Assembly (NCBI GenBank): GCA_043732705.1
Contig: JAYTHE010000040.1
Span: 3,250-67,249 of the forward strand
DNA: 64,000 nucleotides
From: Candidatus Omnitrophota bacterium
GTDB lineage: Bacteria; Omnitrophota; Omnitrophia; Omnitrophales; Aquincolibacteriaceae
Reading direction: 5' to 3'
Shown here: positions 9,221 to 19,800 of the stretch, piece after piece
How the letters are laid out: every line of letters begins with the position of its first letter
Numbering within the stretch: the stretch's first letter is position 1
Program-made: the position numbers and the translations under genes
The notes under the pieces: generated by a model
What the model saw: the letters and a program-made list of their open reading frames with translations, nothing else
Told to the model about the DNA's origin: nothing
Databases searched by the model: none

Positions 9221-10328
9221 CCTGATCGATTCGAGAATTCTCGACCTGCTCGATCAGCGCATGCGCCATGTGCTTGCGATCGGCCACGAGAAATCCAAAA
9301 AAGGCGCGCCGGTTTACTCTCCTTCACGTGAAAAGCAGATTTTTAGTGCGCTTGAAAAGCGTGCGGCTAAAAGTCTTTTATCCGAAACCGCATTAAAAGC
9401 AATTTACCGCGAAATTATGTCGGCCGCGATCGCGCTTGAAAAGCCGGTTCAGATTTCTTATCTGGGGCCTGAGGCAACTTACACGCATCTTGCGTCACTT
9501 TCCAAGTTTGGCGCGAGCGTAACTTATACGCCTGCCGCGAATTTTCGTGAAGTATTCCGCGATGTGGAGCAGGGGCTTTCGGATTACGGCGTAATTCCGA
9601 TTGAAAACTCCATTGACGGAGCGGTAACGCATGCGCTTGATTTGTTGATCGATTCCGACCTTAAAATTTGTTCTGAAATTTATTTTGGGATTTCACATCA
9701 TTTAATGTCCAAGTCACCGATAAAAAAAATCAAGCGGGTTTATTCAAAGTCGGAAGTTTTCAGTCAATGCCGTTTGTGGCTTGAAAGAAACCTGCATGGT
9801 ATTGAACTTATTCCGACGGCTTCTTCCGCGGCGGCAGCGCAAAAAGTGAAGACCGAAAAAGGCGCTGCCGCGATCGGTTCTTCTTTGGCGGCGAAGCTCT
9901 ACGGCGTGCCGGTGCTTGCGAAGGGGATTCAGGATTTTTCCGAGAATGTGACGCGCTTTTTAGTGATCAGTAAAAATATCGCAGGACAAACAGGTGATGA
10001 TAAAACTTCGATTTTGGTTTCCGTAAAAGACAAGGTCGGAGCTTTGCATGAAATGATCGCGCCCTTCATGAAATACCGCGTCAATATGAGCAAAATTGAA
10101 TCGCGCCCTTCCAAAAAGAAAGCTTGGGAATATTATTTCTTCATTGATTTTGAAGGGCATATCCAAAATGCCCGTATTCAACGTCTGCTCGCCGAAGTTG
10201 AAAAGCATGCGCGCTTTATCAAAATTTTAGGGTCATTTCCCACAGCCGGTTACGCCGCAGGCGTGGAGGCAAAGGGATCAAGACGTCCGACGTCTCAAAC
10301 AGGACGGAATAAAGCAGCCGCAAGGTAA
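9183..10328 (+). CDS. pheA: Chorismate mutase / prephenate dehydratase
   Basis: N-terminal CM domain (IRKQIDLID), LGPEATYT, PIENS, TRF, and ACT domain IESRP. Confidence 0.95.
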   Translation: MKKKLQTIRKQIDLIDSRILDLLDQRMRHVLAIGHEKSKKGAPVYSPSREKQIFSALEKRAAKSLLSETALKAIYREIMSAAIALEKPVQISYLGPEATYTHLASLSKFGASVTYTPAANFREVFRDVEQGLSDYGVIPIENSIDGAVTHALDLLIDSDLKICSEIYFGISHHLMSKSPIKKIKRVYSKSEVFSQCRLWLERNLHGIELIPTASSAAAAQKVKTEKGAAAIGSSLAAKLYGVPVLAKGIQDFSENVTRFLVISKNIAGQTGDDKTSILVSVKDKVGALHEMIAPFMKYRVNMSKIESRPSKKKAWEYYFFIDFEGHIQNARIQRLLAEVEKHARFIKILGSFPTAGYAAGVEAKGSRRPTSQTGRNKAAAR

Positions 10329-10332
10329 TCCC

Positions 10333-11442
10333 ATGTCTTCACAGCCCGCTTTTAAAAAAAATATCGAAGCGATTCATCCTTACGAGCCCGGCAAACCTAT
10401 TAAAGAGGTTCAACGCGAGCTGGGTTTGAAGCACATTACGAAACTCGCTTCCAATGAAAATCCGCTCGGTGTTTCGCCGCTCGCGATGAAGGAAATGAAG
10501 CGTGTTTTGAAAGATTGTTTTCTTTATCCCGAAGGCGGTTGTCATGAAGTTCTGCATGCGCTTGCGGGCGAGTTAAAGCTTCCTCCCGAACAGATTATTT
10601 TCGGCAATGGTTCCAACGAAATCATCGAATTGGTTGGCCGCGGATTCCTTTCCGAGGGCGATGAGGTTATTTCCTCCGCAAGCTCATTTCTGGTTTATCC
10701 GATTTTGACACAGGCTTCGGGCGGAAAATATATCAGTGTCCCTATGACGCAGGACTATCGTTATGATTTGAAGGCTCTTGCGGAAGCCGTCACACCGAAA
10801 ACGAAAATTATTTTTATCGCAAACCCCAATAATCCGACGGGGACTTATGTGCGTGCCCGCGAAGTGGAGCGTTTTTTAAAACGTGTTCCGAGCCGTGTTG
10901 TTGTTTGTTTTGATGAGGCTTATTTTGATTTTGTGGACGCAAAAGATTTTCCAGACATTTTAAAGCTTGTTCGGGAAGGACACGGAAATGTTTTGCTGTT
11001 CCGTACTTTTTCAAAAGCTTATGGGCTTGCGGGCCTGCGTATCGGTTATGCCTGCGCGTCCAAGCAGATGATCAGTTACCTGCATAAAATCAGGCAGCCA
11101 TTTAATGTGAATATGGTGGCGCAGGCGGCGGCTTTGGGCGCGATACGTGATAAAGCATTCCGCAAGAAAACGCGTGAGATTACTTTTTTGGGCCGGCAGT
11201 TTTTAGCACAAACCTTTAAAAAATTTGGATTGGAGTTTCTGCCAAGCCAGGCTAATTTTATTTTGGTGAACGTCGGCCGTAACGGAAGGGAAGTCTGTAA
11301 AGCCTTTTTAAAAAAGGGAATTATTATTCGGGCTATGAATGCGTATGGTTTTGACGAGTGGGTTCGTGTGACAATCGGATTGCCCAAACAGAACCGGTTA
11401 TTTGTGAAGCGCCTGATTAAAATTTTGGGACTCAAAGCTTGA
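10333..11442 (+). CDS. hisC: Histidinol-phosphate aminotransferase
   Basis: KLASNENP, NPNNPTG, DEAY, RTFSKAYGLAGLRIG. Confidence 0.95.
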   Translation: MSSQPAFKKNIEAIHPYEPGKPIKEVQRELGLKHITKLASNENPLGVSPLAMKEMKRVLKDCFLYPEGGCHEVLHALAGELKLPPEQIIFGNGSNEIIELVGRGFLSEGDEVISSASSFLVYPILTQASGGKYISVPMTQDYRYDLKALAEAVTPKTKIIFIANPNNPTGTYVRAREVERFLKRVPSRVVVCFDEAYFDFVDAKDFPDILKLVREGHGNVLLFRTFSKAYGLAGLRIGYACASKQMISYLHKIRQPFNVNMVAQAAALGAIRDKAFRKKTREITFLGRQFLAQTFKKFGLEFLPSQANFILVNVGRNGREVCKAFLKKGIIIRAMNAYGFDEWVRVTIGLPKQNRLFVKRLIKILGLKA

Positions 11443-12290
11443 GCTCTTCGTCGTTTAAAAAAATCGTCATCGTTGGATTGGGTTTAATGGGCGGTTCGCT
11501 AGCGGCCGCAATTAAGAAAAAATTTCCGTATGCGAAAATTACCGGAGTGGCCCGCCGCAAAGCTACGCTTGATTTTGCCCGCCGTAAAAAATGGATCCAT
11601 GAAGGTTTTCTTTCCGTGCGTGAAGCGTTGACGGATGTCGATCTTGTTGTGATTTGTACGCCTGTTGACTTAACCAAGAAAATTTTGCAGGAAGTCGACC
11701 GTTATGCTTCAAAAGAAATTCTTGTTACTGATATCGGCAGTGTCAAAGCCCCGGTAAGTATTTTTGCTAAAAAGAAAAAATGGAAGCATGTCCGATTCAT
11801 CGGGGCGCATCCGATGGTGGGGTCGCATGAAAAGGGAATTGAATCTGCGCGTGCTGATTTATATTCCAAAGGCATCACGATTTTAACCGGCACTCAAAAC
11901 CAGACCGGCTTTAAAAAGGTTTCTGAGTTTTGGAGAAGTTTATCCAACAAAGTGCTTGTGATGAGCCCGGTTCAACATGATGAAAAGGTGGCTGAAATTA
12001 GTCATTTGCCGCATTTACTTTCGGTGTGTTTAGCTGAAACTCCGGCAGACGCTTCTTATGCGATTGCGGGAACGGGTTTTCGCGATACCTCGCGGCTTGC
12101 GCAAGGTGATGCTTCGGTTTGGACACCTATTTTTTTACAGAATAAAAAGGCCGTCCTTGCCGCCCTTCGATCATTTCATAGCAATCTTGATCATTTTGAA
12201 AAAGCATTAAAATCCCAGAGTCCTGCCAAATTAAACAAAATTCTCAAGCAGGCGTCTAGCCGAAGACGAGCACTTTCTCCTCTCAAATAG
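11439..12290 (+). CDS. tyrA: Prephenate/arogenate dehydrogenase
   Basis: GLGLMGGS Rossmann motif, DIGSVK, HPMVG, SHLPH, GFRDTSRLA. Confidence 0.93.
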   Translation: MSSSSFKKIVIVGLGLMGGSLAAAIKKKFPYAKITGVARRKATLDFARRKKWIHEGFLSVREALTDVDLVVICTPVDLTKKILQEVDRYASKEILVTDIGSVKAPVSIFAKKKKWKHVRFIGAHPMVGSHEKGIESARADLYSKGITILTGTQNQTGFKKVSEFWRSLSNKVLVMSPVQHDEKVAEISHLPHLLSVCLAETPADASYAIAGTGFRDTSRLAQGDASVWTPIFLQNKKAVLAALRSFHSNLDHFEKALKSQSPAKLNKILKQASSRRRALSPLK

Positions 12291-12338
12291 TCTTGTCCCA
12301 AGCAGTGATATTTTTCTTGCTTCACTGCCATATTTCTC

Positions 12339-12366
12339 TTGCTCCGTAAGGGGATTCGCATATAAT
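12339..12366 (+). promoter_or_regulatory. Sigma70-type promoter for rpsA
   Basis: TTGCTC-16 nt-TATAAT. Confidence 0.55.
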
Positions 12367-12614
12367 TCCCGCTCACACAAAGCCATAGGTTTTGTGGTCG
12401 GCTGCGTCAAAAGACGCAGAGGCGAACCCGGTTGTGTCGAAAGACGCAGAGGGAGATAACAATATCAACAAACATTTGGAATCCGGATGGTCCGGGTTCA
12501 TAGAGTTAAACTGTTTTCCGATGCGGCAATCGCAAAGGGGAAAATCCGGTTGCCCGTTTTAAATGGGCAGAGGAAAAATAAAACAGGGCTCTGCAACAGG
12601 AGAAATCAATTAAC

Positions 12615-14168
12615 ATGTCAACAGCTACATTCGCAGAACTTTTCGAAAAATCCACATCGAGCCTTGCCGAAGGATCCTTAGTTAAAGGAACTATCGTCGC
12701 CATTAAAAACAACCAAGTCATGGTTGATATTGGCTACAAGGCAGAAGGTCTTTTAGATATTAATGAATTCGCGCTTCCTGAAGACGCCGTCATCGGCTCT
12801 GAAGTTGAAGTTCTGTTTGAATCGTTTGATGATAAAAATGGTTTGTCCGTTGTTTCGAAGCGCAAGGCGGATCGTCAGCGCACATGGAATGAAATTCTTT
12901 CGACAGCTCAAGAAGGCACAATCGTTGACGGCCGCATCACACGCAAAGTTCGCGGCGGATTGATGGTTGACGTCGGTATGGACGCTTTCTTGCCCGCATC
13001 ACTTTTAGACGTGAAGCCTGTTCGCAATGTGGATGCATTGCTTGGCCTCCGCAGCAAATTTGTAATCGTTAAAATTAATCATAAGCGCAAAAACATCGTT
13101 GTTTCACGCAAAGACTTCCTTGAAAAAGAACGCCATGTATTGCGTTCCGAACGTCTCAGCAAATTGAACGTTAATGATGTTGTTAAGGGTAAAGCGAAGA
13201 ACATTACTGATTTCGGCGTATTCGTTGATCTCGGTGATATTGACGGCTTGCTTCACATCACCGATATGTGCTGGGGACGTATTTCGCATCCTTCCGAAAT
13301 GGTGAAGGTTGGCGAAGAAATCGAAGTGATCGTCATCGGTGTTGACCGCGAGAAGAATAAAGTTTCTCTCGGCCTCAAACAAAAATCCAAGGATCCTTGG
13401 GTTCTTGTTGATGACAAATATTCTATTGGCAACCAAGTGCATGGCCGCGTAGTAAATATTCTTCCTTACGGGGCTTTCGTTGAACTTGAGCCTGGCATTG
13501 AAGGCCTTGTGCATATCAGCGAACTTAGCTGGACCAAGCGCGTTGCGCATCCGAGCGAAATCCTCAAAGTGGGCGATATGCTGGATGTTGTGATTTTGAG
13601 CCTCGACAAAGATAATCGTAAGATTTCTTTGGGTGCAAAACAGACGCAAGAAAATCCTTGGAAAAAAGCTGCTGATAAATATAACGTCGGCGACCGCGTA
13701 AAAGGCAAAGTCCGCAATCTTGTTGATTATGGCGCTTTCATCGAACTTGAAGACGGCATTGACGGACTTCTGCATGTTTCTGATATGTCTTGGACGCAGA
13801 AAATTCAAAAGGCCGCGGACTTTCTTAAGAAGGGCGATGAGCTTGAGCTGATGGTGTTGACTGTGGATACTGAAGCTCAGAAGATTTCGCTCGGACTGAA
13901 GCAAATGTCGGTTGATCCTTGGAATGATTTGACGAAAGACCTGCTCGCTGGCAATGAAATCAATGGAAAAGTATCCCGCGTTGTGAACTTTGGAATGTTT
14001 GTGGAACTTGAAAACGGCCTCGAAGGCCTCGTTCACATTTCCGAAATCTCCGATGCGAAGGCACAGGCTGATGTTGAATCACGTTACAAAGCCGGTCAGG
14101 ATGTTGCTTGCACCGTATTGAACGTTGACAAAGAAGGCCGCAAAATCAGCCTTGCGCTGAAGAAATAA
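12615..14168 (+). CDS. rpsA: 30S ribosomal protein S1
   Basis: Repeated S1 domains (FGVFVDLG..DGLLHITD, YGAFVEL..GIEGLVHISE). Confidence 0.97.
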   Translation: MSTATFAELFEKSTSSLAEGSLVKGTIVAIKNNQVMVDIGYKAEGLLDINEFALPEDAVIGSEVEVLFESFDDKNGLSVVSKRKADRQRTWNEILSTAQEGTIVDGRITRKVRGGLMVDVGMDAFLPASLLDVKPVRNVDALLGLRSKFVIVKINHKRKNIVVSRKDFLEKERHVLRSERLSKLNVNDVVKGKAKNITDFGVFVDLGDIDGLLHITDMCWGRISHPSEMVKVGEEIEVIVIGVDREKNKVSLGLKQKSKDPWVLVDDKYSIGNQVHGRVVNILPYGAFVELEPGIEGLVHISELSWTKRVAHPSEILKVGDMLDVVILSLDKDNRKISLGAKQTQENPWKKAADKYNVGDRVKGKVRNLVDYGAFIELEDGIDGLLHVSDMSWTQKIQKAADFLKKGDELELMVLTVDTEAQKISLGLKQMSVDPWNDLTKDLLAGNEINGKVSRVVNFGMFVELENGLEGLVHISEISDAKAQADVESRYKAGQDVACTVLNVDKEGRKISLALKK

Positions 14169-14186
14169 CTTCAAGGCAATTTTCGA

Positions 14187-15434
14187 GTGAATTCTACGGG
14201 TGGACGCCGAGTCGTCGTAACAGGACTCGGCGTCCTTTCTTCTCTGGGGGTTGGTAAAGAGGCTTTTTGGGATGGCCTTGCCAACGGCCGCAACGGAATC
14301 TCCCTCATCACCGCATTTGATACCGCTGAATTTACAACCCGTTTCGCGGGTGAAATTAAGAATTTTGATCCCGCTGCTTATCTTCACGTTAAACAAATCA
14401 AACGTATGGACCGCACTTCTCAATTTGCGGTTGCCGCTTCCAAAATGGCTGTGCAGGATTCCGGAATTGATTTTCAAAAAATGGGCCATGAACGGGTCGG
14501 TGTTGTGATCGGAACAGCTATGGCGGGCCATGGATATATTCTCGATCAGCACACGACCTTGATGAATAAAGGCCCGATGCGCATTAATCCTTTTACCGCG
14601 CTGGCCGGTTTTCCTGACGCATGCGCCGGCAATGTCTCCATAGAACTTGGACTCACAGGCCCGAGCTTTTCAATTTCAACCGCATGTTCTTCCGCATCCG
14701 ACGCGATGGGCTATGCCTTTGAATCCATCCGTTCCGGCAAGCTCGACGCGCTTTTAATGGGCGGTGCGGAAGCATCGATTTATCCCGGAATTTTAGCGGC
14801 ATTTTGCGTCGCGCGTGCCATGTCCACGCGCAATGAGAGTCCTGAAACGGCTTCACGCCCTTTTAGTTTGGATCGCGACGGATTCGTTTTGGGCGAAGGC
14901 GCGGGAATGTTTGTTTTAGAAGAATATGAAAGTGCGAAGGCCCGCAGTGCGCATATTTACGCCGAAGTTTTGGGCGCGGGAATGACTTGCGACGCCTATC
15001 ATATGGTCGCTCCCGATCCTGAAGGCAAACAAGCGGTGCGCGCGATGCGCATGGCTTTGGATACTGCGCGCACGGAACTTGATGAAATTGATTATATTAA
15101 CGCGCATGGAACTTCCACACCGCTCAATGACAAAACAGAAACATTAATTATCAAAAAAGTTTTTGGTGAACAGGCTTATAAAATTCCGCTAAGCTCGACA
15201 AAGTCAATGATCGGGCATTTGATCGGCGCGGCCGGAGCAGTAGAAACAATCGCGACGATTCTCGCCATGGATAAGCAGGTGATTCCGCCGACGCGCAATT
15301 ATTCCGTGAAAGACCCTGAATGTGATTTGGATTATGTTCCGCACACAGCTCGTCCCGCGAAAATTAAAAGAGTTATGAAAAACTCCTTCGGCTTCGGTGG
15401 GAAAAACTCGATTTTAGTTTTGGGAAAAGTTTAA
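14187..15434 (+). CDS. fabF: Beta-ketoacyl-ACP synthase II
   Basis: RRVVVTGLG, TACSS catalytic Cys, NAHGTST, KSMIGH, NSFGFGG. Confidence 0.92.
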   Translation: MNSTGGRRVVVTGLGVLSSLGVGKEAFWDGLANGRNGISLITAFDTAEFTTRFAGEIKNFDPAAYLHVKQIKRMDRTSQFAVAASKMAVQDSGIDFQKMGHERVGVVIGTAMAGHGYILDQHTTLMNKGPMRINPFTALAGFPDACAGNVSIELGLTGPSFSISTACSSASDAMGYAFESIRSGKLDALLMGGAEASIYPGILAAFCVARAMSTRNESPETASRPFSLDRDGFVLGEGAGMFVLEEYESAKARSAHIYAEVLGAGMTCDAYHMVAPDPEGKQAVRAMRMALDTARTELDEIDYINAHGTSTPLNDKTETLIIKKVFGEQAYKIPLSSTKSMIGHLIGAAGAVETIATILAMDKQVIPPTRNYSVKDPECDLDYVPHTARPAKIKRVMKNSFGFGGKNSILVLGKV

Positions 15435-15438
15435 AACT

Positions 15439-15529
15439 TTTTGATTAAGGAAAGAGCTTCCGTCTGCTCAGACAGTTGTGTCCTTTCGGCGCAAAACTCG
15501 CATCCGTAAATTTCTTTCTTAAATCAAAA
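15439..15529 (+). repeat. Structured intergenic repeat, family B copy 1
   Basis: Core TCTGCTCAGACAG...AACTCGCA enclosed by inverted flanks TTTTGATTAAGGAAAGA / TCTTTCTTAAATCAAAA. Confidence 0.7.
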
Positions 15530-15660
15530 CTAAAATCTCATTGGTAGGCTTTTAATCGTGCTCGTTTCGCTTTCGCTCAACATCACACTGTTAAAGAATG
15601 GCTCGTGAAGCTCGCCTGGTTTTTAGCCGGGACTGACCCCAATGCTCTTTGGCTTAGAAT

Positions 15661-16512
15661 TTAAAGTATCTCTACTTCTTCAATCTCTCCGGCCTCCGGT
15701 CTCCGGTCTCCGGTCTGGCGCTGTCCTCGGATAATTCCGCGTTTGGATTCTTCGATAAACTTCACAAAATGTTTAGATTCAGGGCTTTTGCATTCCTTTT
15801 TAATTTCTTCCAAGGCTTGAGTGACATTTAATCCCGAGCGGTACAGCAATTTAAAAGCATGTTTGATTTCTGTGCGAGTTTCCAGATTAATCCTTGCGCG
15901 GCGCATACCCACGACATTTAAACCTTGTGCGATTCCCGGCCGGCCGCCGCACATGATGTAAGGCGGGATATCTTTATTGAAAGCGGATAAAGCAGAAACC
16001 ATCGCAAGCGTTCCGATACGTGAGAATTGATGGAAGCCGGTCATGCCCGAAAGAAAAGCTTTGTCTTCAACATGGCAATGGCCGGTGAGTGAAGCTTGAT
16101 TGACCATAATGATGTTATTTCCTAAAACACAATTATGCGCGATATGGCAATAAGCCATGATGTAATTTTCATTTCCGATTACAGTCGAGGTTCCGGGTTC
16201 GGTGCCGCGGTGAATGCTCACAAATTCACGAATGACATTCTTGTTTCCGATTTTTGTAAAGGTAGGCTCATTTTTAAATTTAAGATCCTGAGGCTCATGT
16301 CCAATAACAGCATGCATATGGATGGTGTTGCCATCACCAATTTCAGTGCCGTGACAAAGCGTGGCGCCGTGTAAAATTTTATTATTCGACCCGATTTTGA
16401 CACCGCTCGCAATAATCGTATTTGGCCCGATTTCATTCCCATTTCCAATCATGACATTTTTACCGATGATTGAGAGAGGGTGAATCTGGTTGGATTGAAT
16501 TGAGGTTTGCAT
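15661..16512 (-). CDS. lpxA: UDP-N-acetylglucosamine O-acyltransferase
   Basis: Hexapeptide repeats, PQDLKF, IREFVSIHRGT, HIAHNC, HQFSRIG. Start taken at ATG 16512, 7 nt after a TATAAT on the minus strand. Confidence 0.93.
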   Translation of the reverse strand: MQTSIQSNQIHPLSIIGKNVMIGNGNEIGPNTIIASGVKIGSNNKILHGATLCHGTEIGDGNTIHMHAVIGHEPQDLKFKNEPTFTKIGNKNVIREFVSIHRGTEPGTSTVIGNENYIMAYCHIAHNCVLGNNIIMVNQASLTGHCHVEDKAFLSGMTGFHQFSRIGTLAMVSALSAFNKDIPPYIMCGGRPGIAQGLNVVGMRRARINLETRTEIKHAFKLLYRSGLNVTQALEEIKKECKSPESKHFVKFIEESKRGIIRGQRQTGDRRPEAGEIEEVEIL

Positions 16513-16748
16513 GCCGCAAATTATAGAGGGGAAGGCAACAGGCGAAAAGCTCAATCTAATCACTTGGCGAATATGCATCAATATTGGCGTTATAGTAGTG
16601 ATATTGTTAGTGACTAGAGAGAAGAGAACGATTGCTCAAATATAAAAGCTTTTATCATTGATTAACTTACATGATCAATATTGACCAAATTCATATTTAA
16701 GTCATTTAAATATAATAGGTTGCGAACATAAAATCACAGTGTCTATTC

Positions 16749-16777
16749 TTGCAATTCTAAAAGTCGCCTGCTATATT
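16749..16777 (+). promoter_or_regulatory. Sigma70-type promoter for the giant gene
   Basis: TTGCAA-17 nt-TATATT with TG extension; SD-like AGGGG before ATG 16854. Confidence 0.55.
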
Positions 16778-16853
16778 CCTAAGGTCGATTAAAAACTATT
16801 CACGCGAAATCATAAATAGAGCTCATATAACAGTCATTTTTGCAGGGGAAATA

Positions 16854-19800
16854 ATGTTTCAATTAAAAAATAAGACTGTTCGCGCATCAGTCGCTGTATT
16901 TACTGCAGTTTGTCTTTCATTTACACAGGCTGCAATTTCAGCGCCTATTTTTTCGGCGTCCGCTCCCGCCGAAGTATCTTTGCCCGATTCACTTCGCCTT
17001 GACCGGGCGGTGGCATTGAAAGTCCCGAGCGCAATCGCAACCATTGAAAAACTTCAGCCCGGTAACGGTAAAACAATTTTTCACATTCAAACCGCTCACG
17101 GACATTATCAGGCTCAGCAAAATATTAATTTGCTTCTCAAAGATCTTGAAAAAAATTACGGTGTCAAAACGGTTTTGGTTGAGGGTAGTTCGAATCCACT
17201 TAATCCCGAAATTATTAACTTTTTCCCCAAAGATCATGAGAAAACCATGCGCGTTGTTGATTTGCTTACGCGCAAAGCGATTTTAAAAGGTTCTGAAATT
17301 TATTTGCTTGAGTCCGGAAAAGCCCGCGGGTTTGGCATTGAAGATGAGGTCGCTTACAATCAAAACCTGCAAGACTTCGCTTTGGTCATTCGCGCGCGTG
17401 AAGAAAGTAAACAGTTTCTTGATAACCTCGAGCAAAGCATTGAAAGGCTTTCCGCGGTTTATCTCAGCACGAATTTGCGCTCGTTTTTAAAGCAAGTTGA
17501 AAGAAAAGAAACCGGTAATATTCCGTTTGATGCTTATTTGCAGCAGCTTAAAATTGCCGCAAAAAAATATGCCGAAATTGACCTTGCTGATCCGGCCTGG
17601 CAATTGCTGTGGCCCATGCTGACGCGTGTTTTTACGATTGAAAAACTCGAAAAGAAAATCGATGCGGTACAGTTTGATCAGCAGAAAAAAGATTTTCTCA
17701 CCGCCATTAAACCGTATACCGCCGTGGAGATTCCTCGGGAGTGGGCGAAGAACTCTCCCGAGGTGGCGCAGCGGGTTTCAGTCTATGAAGAAGTTAAAAG
17801 CCTCCTGGATTTAAAAGACTTAAGCGCTAAGCTTCCTGATCCGGACACGTCAATTCTTTTTGAAAACCTTGTGAAGTCCTTGCCCGCTAACTTCAACTAT
17901 GCCCGCTTTTCTTCCGTGACTTCCTTCTGCGGTATCTTGATGATCAAAAGTGAAATCAAGGCTGACGTGTTAACTGCTGAAATTTCAAAAATGGAAGATC
18001 AAATCACCGATAAGCTTGCTGAAAAGAAAACAGCCAAGGAACTTGTTGCCGTTCTTAAAGATTACCGCATGCTTCAAAAGCTTTTTTCGCTTGAGCTTGC
18101 GCCTTCTGATTATGAAGTAATCGCGGGATCGGAGACCGGCGGCCGGAGGCCCGAGAGCATTCAGCCATCTGTTCTTGCTAATCGACTTCAAACTCTTGGG
18201 GCTTCGGCCTCCAGCCTTCCAGCTAAACAAGTTCGCGGAGTTAAATTTAACCACGTCAAAGAATTAGATAGTTTGTTCAACCAAGCGTTGAAATTTTATG
18301 CCGGCGCGCGCCTTCGTGATGGAAAAATGCTCGCACGTATCGAAGAACGTTTAAAAGAAACCCATGCCGACAAAGTGGCTGTTATCACGGGCGGTTTTCA
18401 CTCTGAACCTTTTGCGAAATATTTTGAGCAGCGCGGCTATAACTATGCTTTGATGACCCCGAAAATTACTACCGTTGACGCCGAAGGGCGTAATGACTAT
18501 TTGAATGCCATGATGATGCTGGCAACCGCACAGCGATTGCAGGCTCGGAGGCTCGAGGCCCGAGGCCCGAGAACTGAATCCGCCACCATTGAAGGCAAGA
18601 GTGTGGCTGCAATGGATGCAGTAGAGCTCAGTTTACTTGCTAAGCCTGTTTCCGAAATTGTACGCAGCGAGCCGTCACTTAGTGTTGAAGCAACCGCGGT
18701 GCGTGCCCTCTGGTCAACCGAAAAATCTTCTTTACATTCTGCTTCTTCTTCAGCATCAAGCACGACAAGAGCAACAGCACGCGTTGAAATTACTGGCGCC
18801 CGCTCCGAAATGCGCGTTTCCGAATTTCCTAAGCTTGGGGAAATACCGCTGGAAGTTGATGCCTCTCAAGCAGAAAAGCAGGTTTTTATTGGTAAAGAGG
18901 AATGGCTTGGCGACCGTGAAAATTTGCAGCCGATTTTCATTCAAGGCAGAGGCTATTTGGCGATTATAGTAACTGGACCCGGGAAGTGGAAAGACAATGT
19001 AATAACCTCATTTTTCATTTCATATGATGCTGGCGGAAAAATCAACAACGTGGTTTCTCTTCCCGGCGGTAGTTTTCATGCGAAATCTAAACAAATCGAC
19101 GTGAAAGTTTCTGTGATCGATGAGTTTGCAACTGCGACCGATGTTCAGCTTTGGGTGACTTTAAAAAATCGCAAAGCCCGTATATTTCGAATTAAGGAAG
19201 ATAAGGGGGGCGAATTTGCCCTTTACAAAGCGCTTAAAGCTTTAATCACTTCCCAAAAGCGGACAGTTTCGGTAGCTGATGGAAATGCTGGAATCAAAAA
19301 AGCAAAATCTCAAATTGTGGACGCATTAAAAAACTTAGAAAGTAATCCCACTTACCAACAAGCGCAAAGACTGTCCCACTCCAAAACTGCGCCGAAACAG
19401 CGTTCAGAACGGGTCATCACCGATTACCAGCGAACGGTGCGAGGACTTGCGCTACTTCCTTCTCGCTCCGAAGCGCGCAAATTTTCCGACGTCGCTCGTT
19501 TTGTCGTCGGGAAGTTTGTTAATGCGGTGATGATTACAGGCCTAGCTGTGGCGGAAATCGTGAGAATAACTTTTTTGTCTTTTTTGATGCTGTCCTTCGC
19601 TTACGTGGCGAGAGAAAGAGCTCAAGGACCCAATAAAACTCCTCTTCAGAATAATGAGGCTGTTCGTGGGAATGTGGTTAATCTGGAGATAATCGGCCGC
19701 CACCGCTCCGAAATGCGGCCATTTATACATCCCGAGAGGATTTCTAATGATTTAGATTTGCTAACGGCTGTGCAAGCTTCAAGAGAGTATCAATCTCTCG

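Noticed and set aside
12400-12460. c-di-GMP-I or other known riboswitch in the rpsA leader
   Set aside because: A GAAA-capped stem and GACGCA are present, but I cannot see the second stem and tetraloop receptor; kept only as an unassigned structured leader.
12290-12615. Absence of aroA and cmk between tyrA and rpsA
   Set aside because: No remnants visible; simple gene-order variation.
13104-14036. 310-aa minus-strand ORF and the many other short overlapping ORFs in the track
   Set aside because: Antisense or alternate-frame shadows of well-supported genes (here rpsA) with no family motifs.
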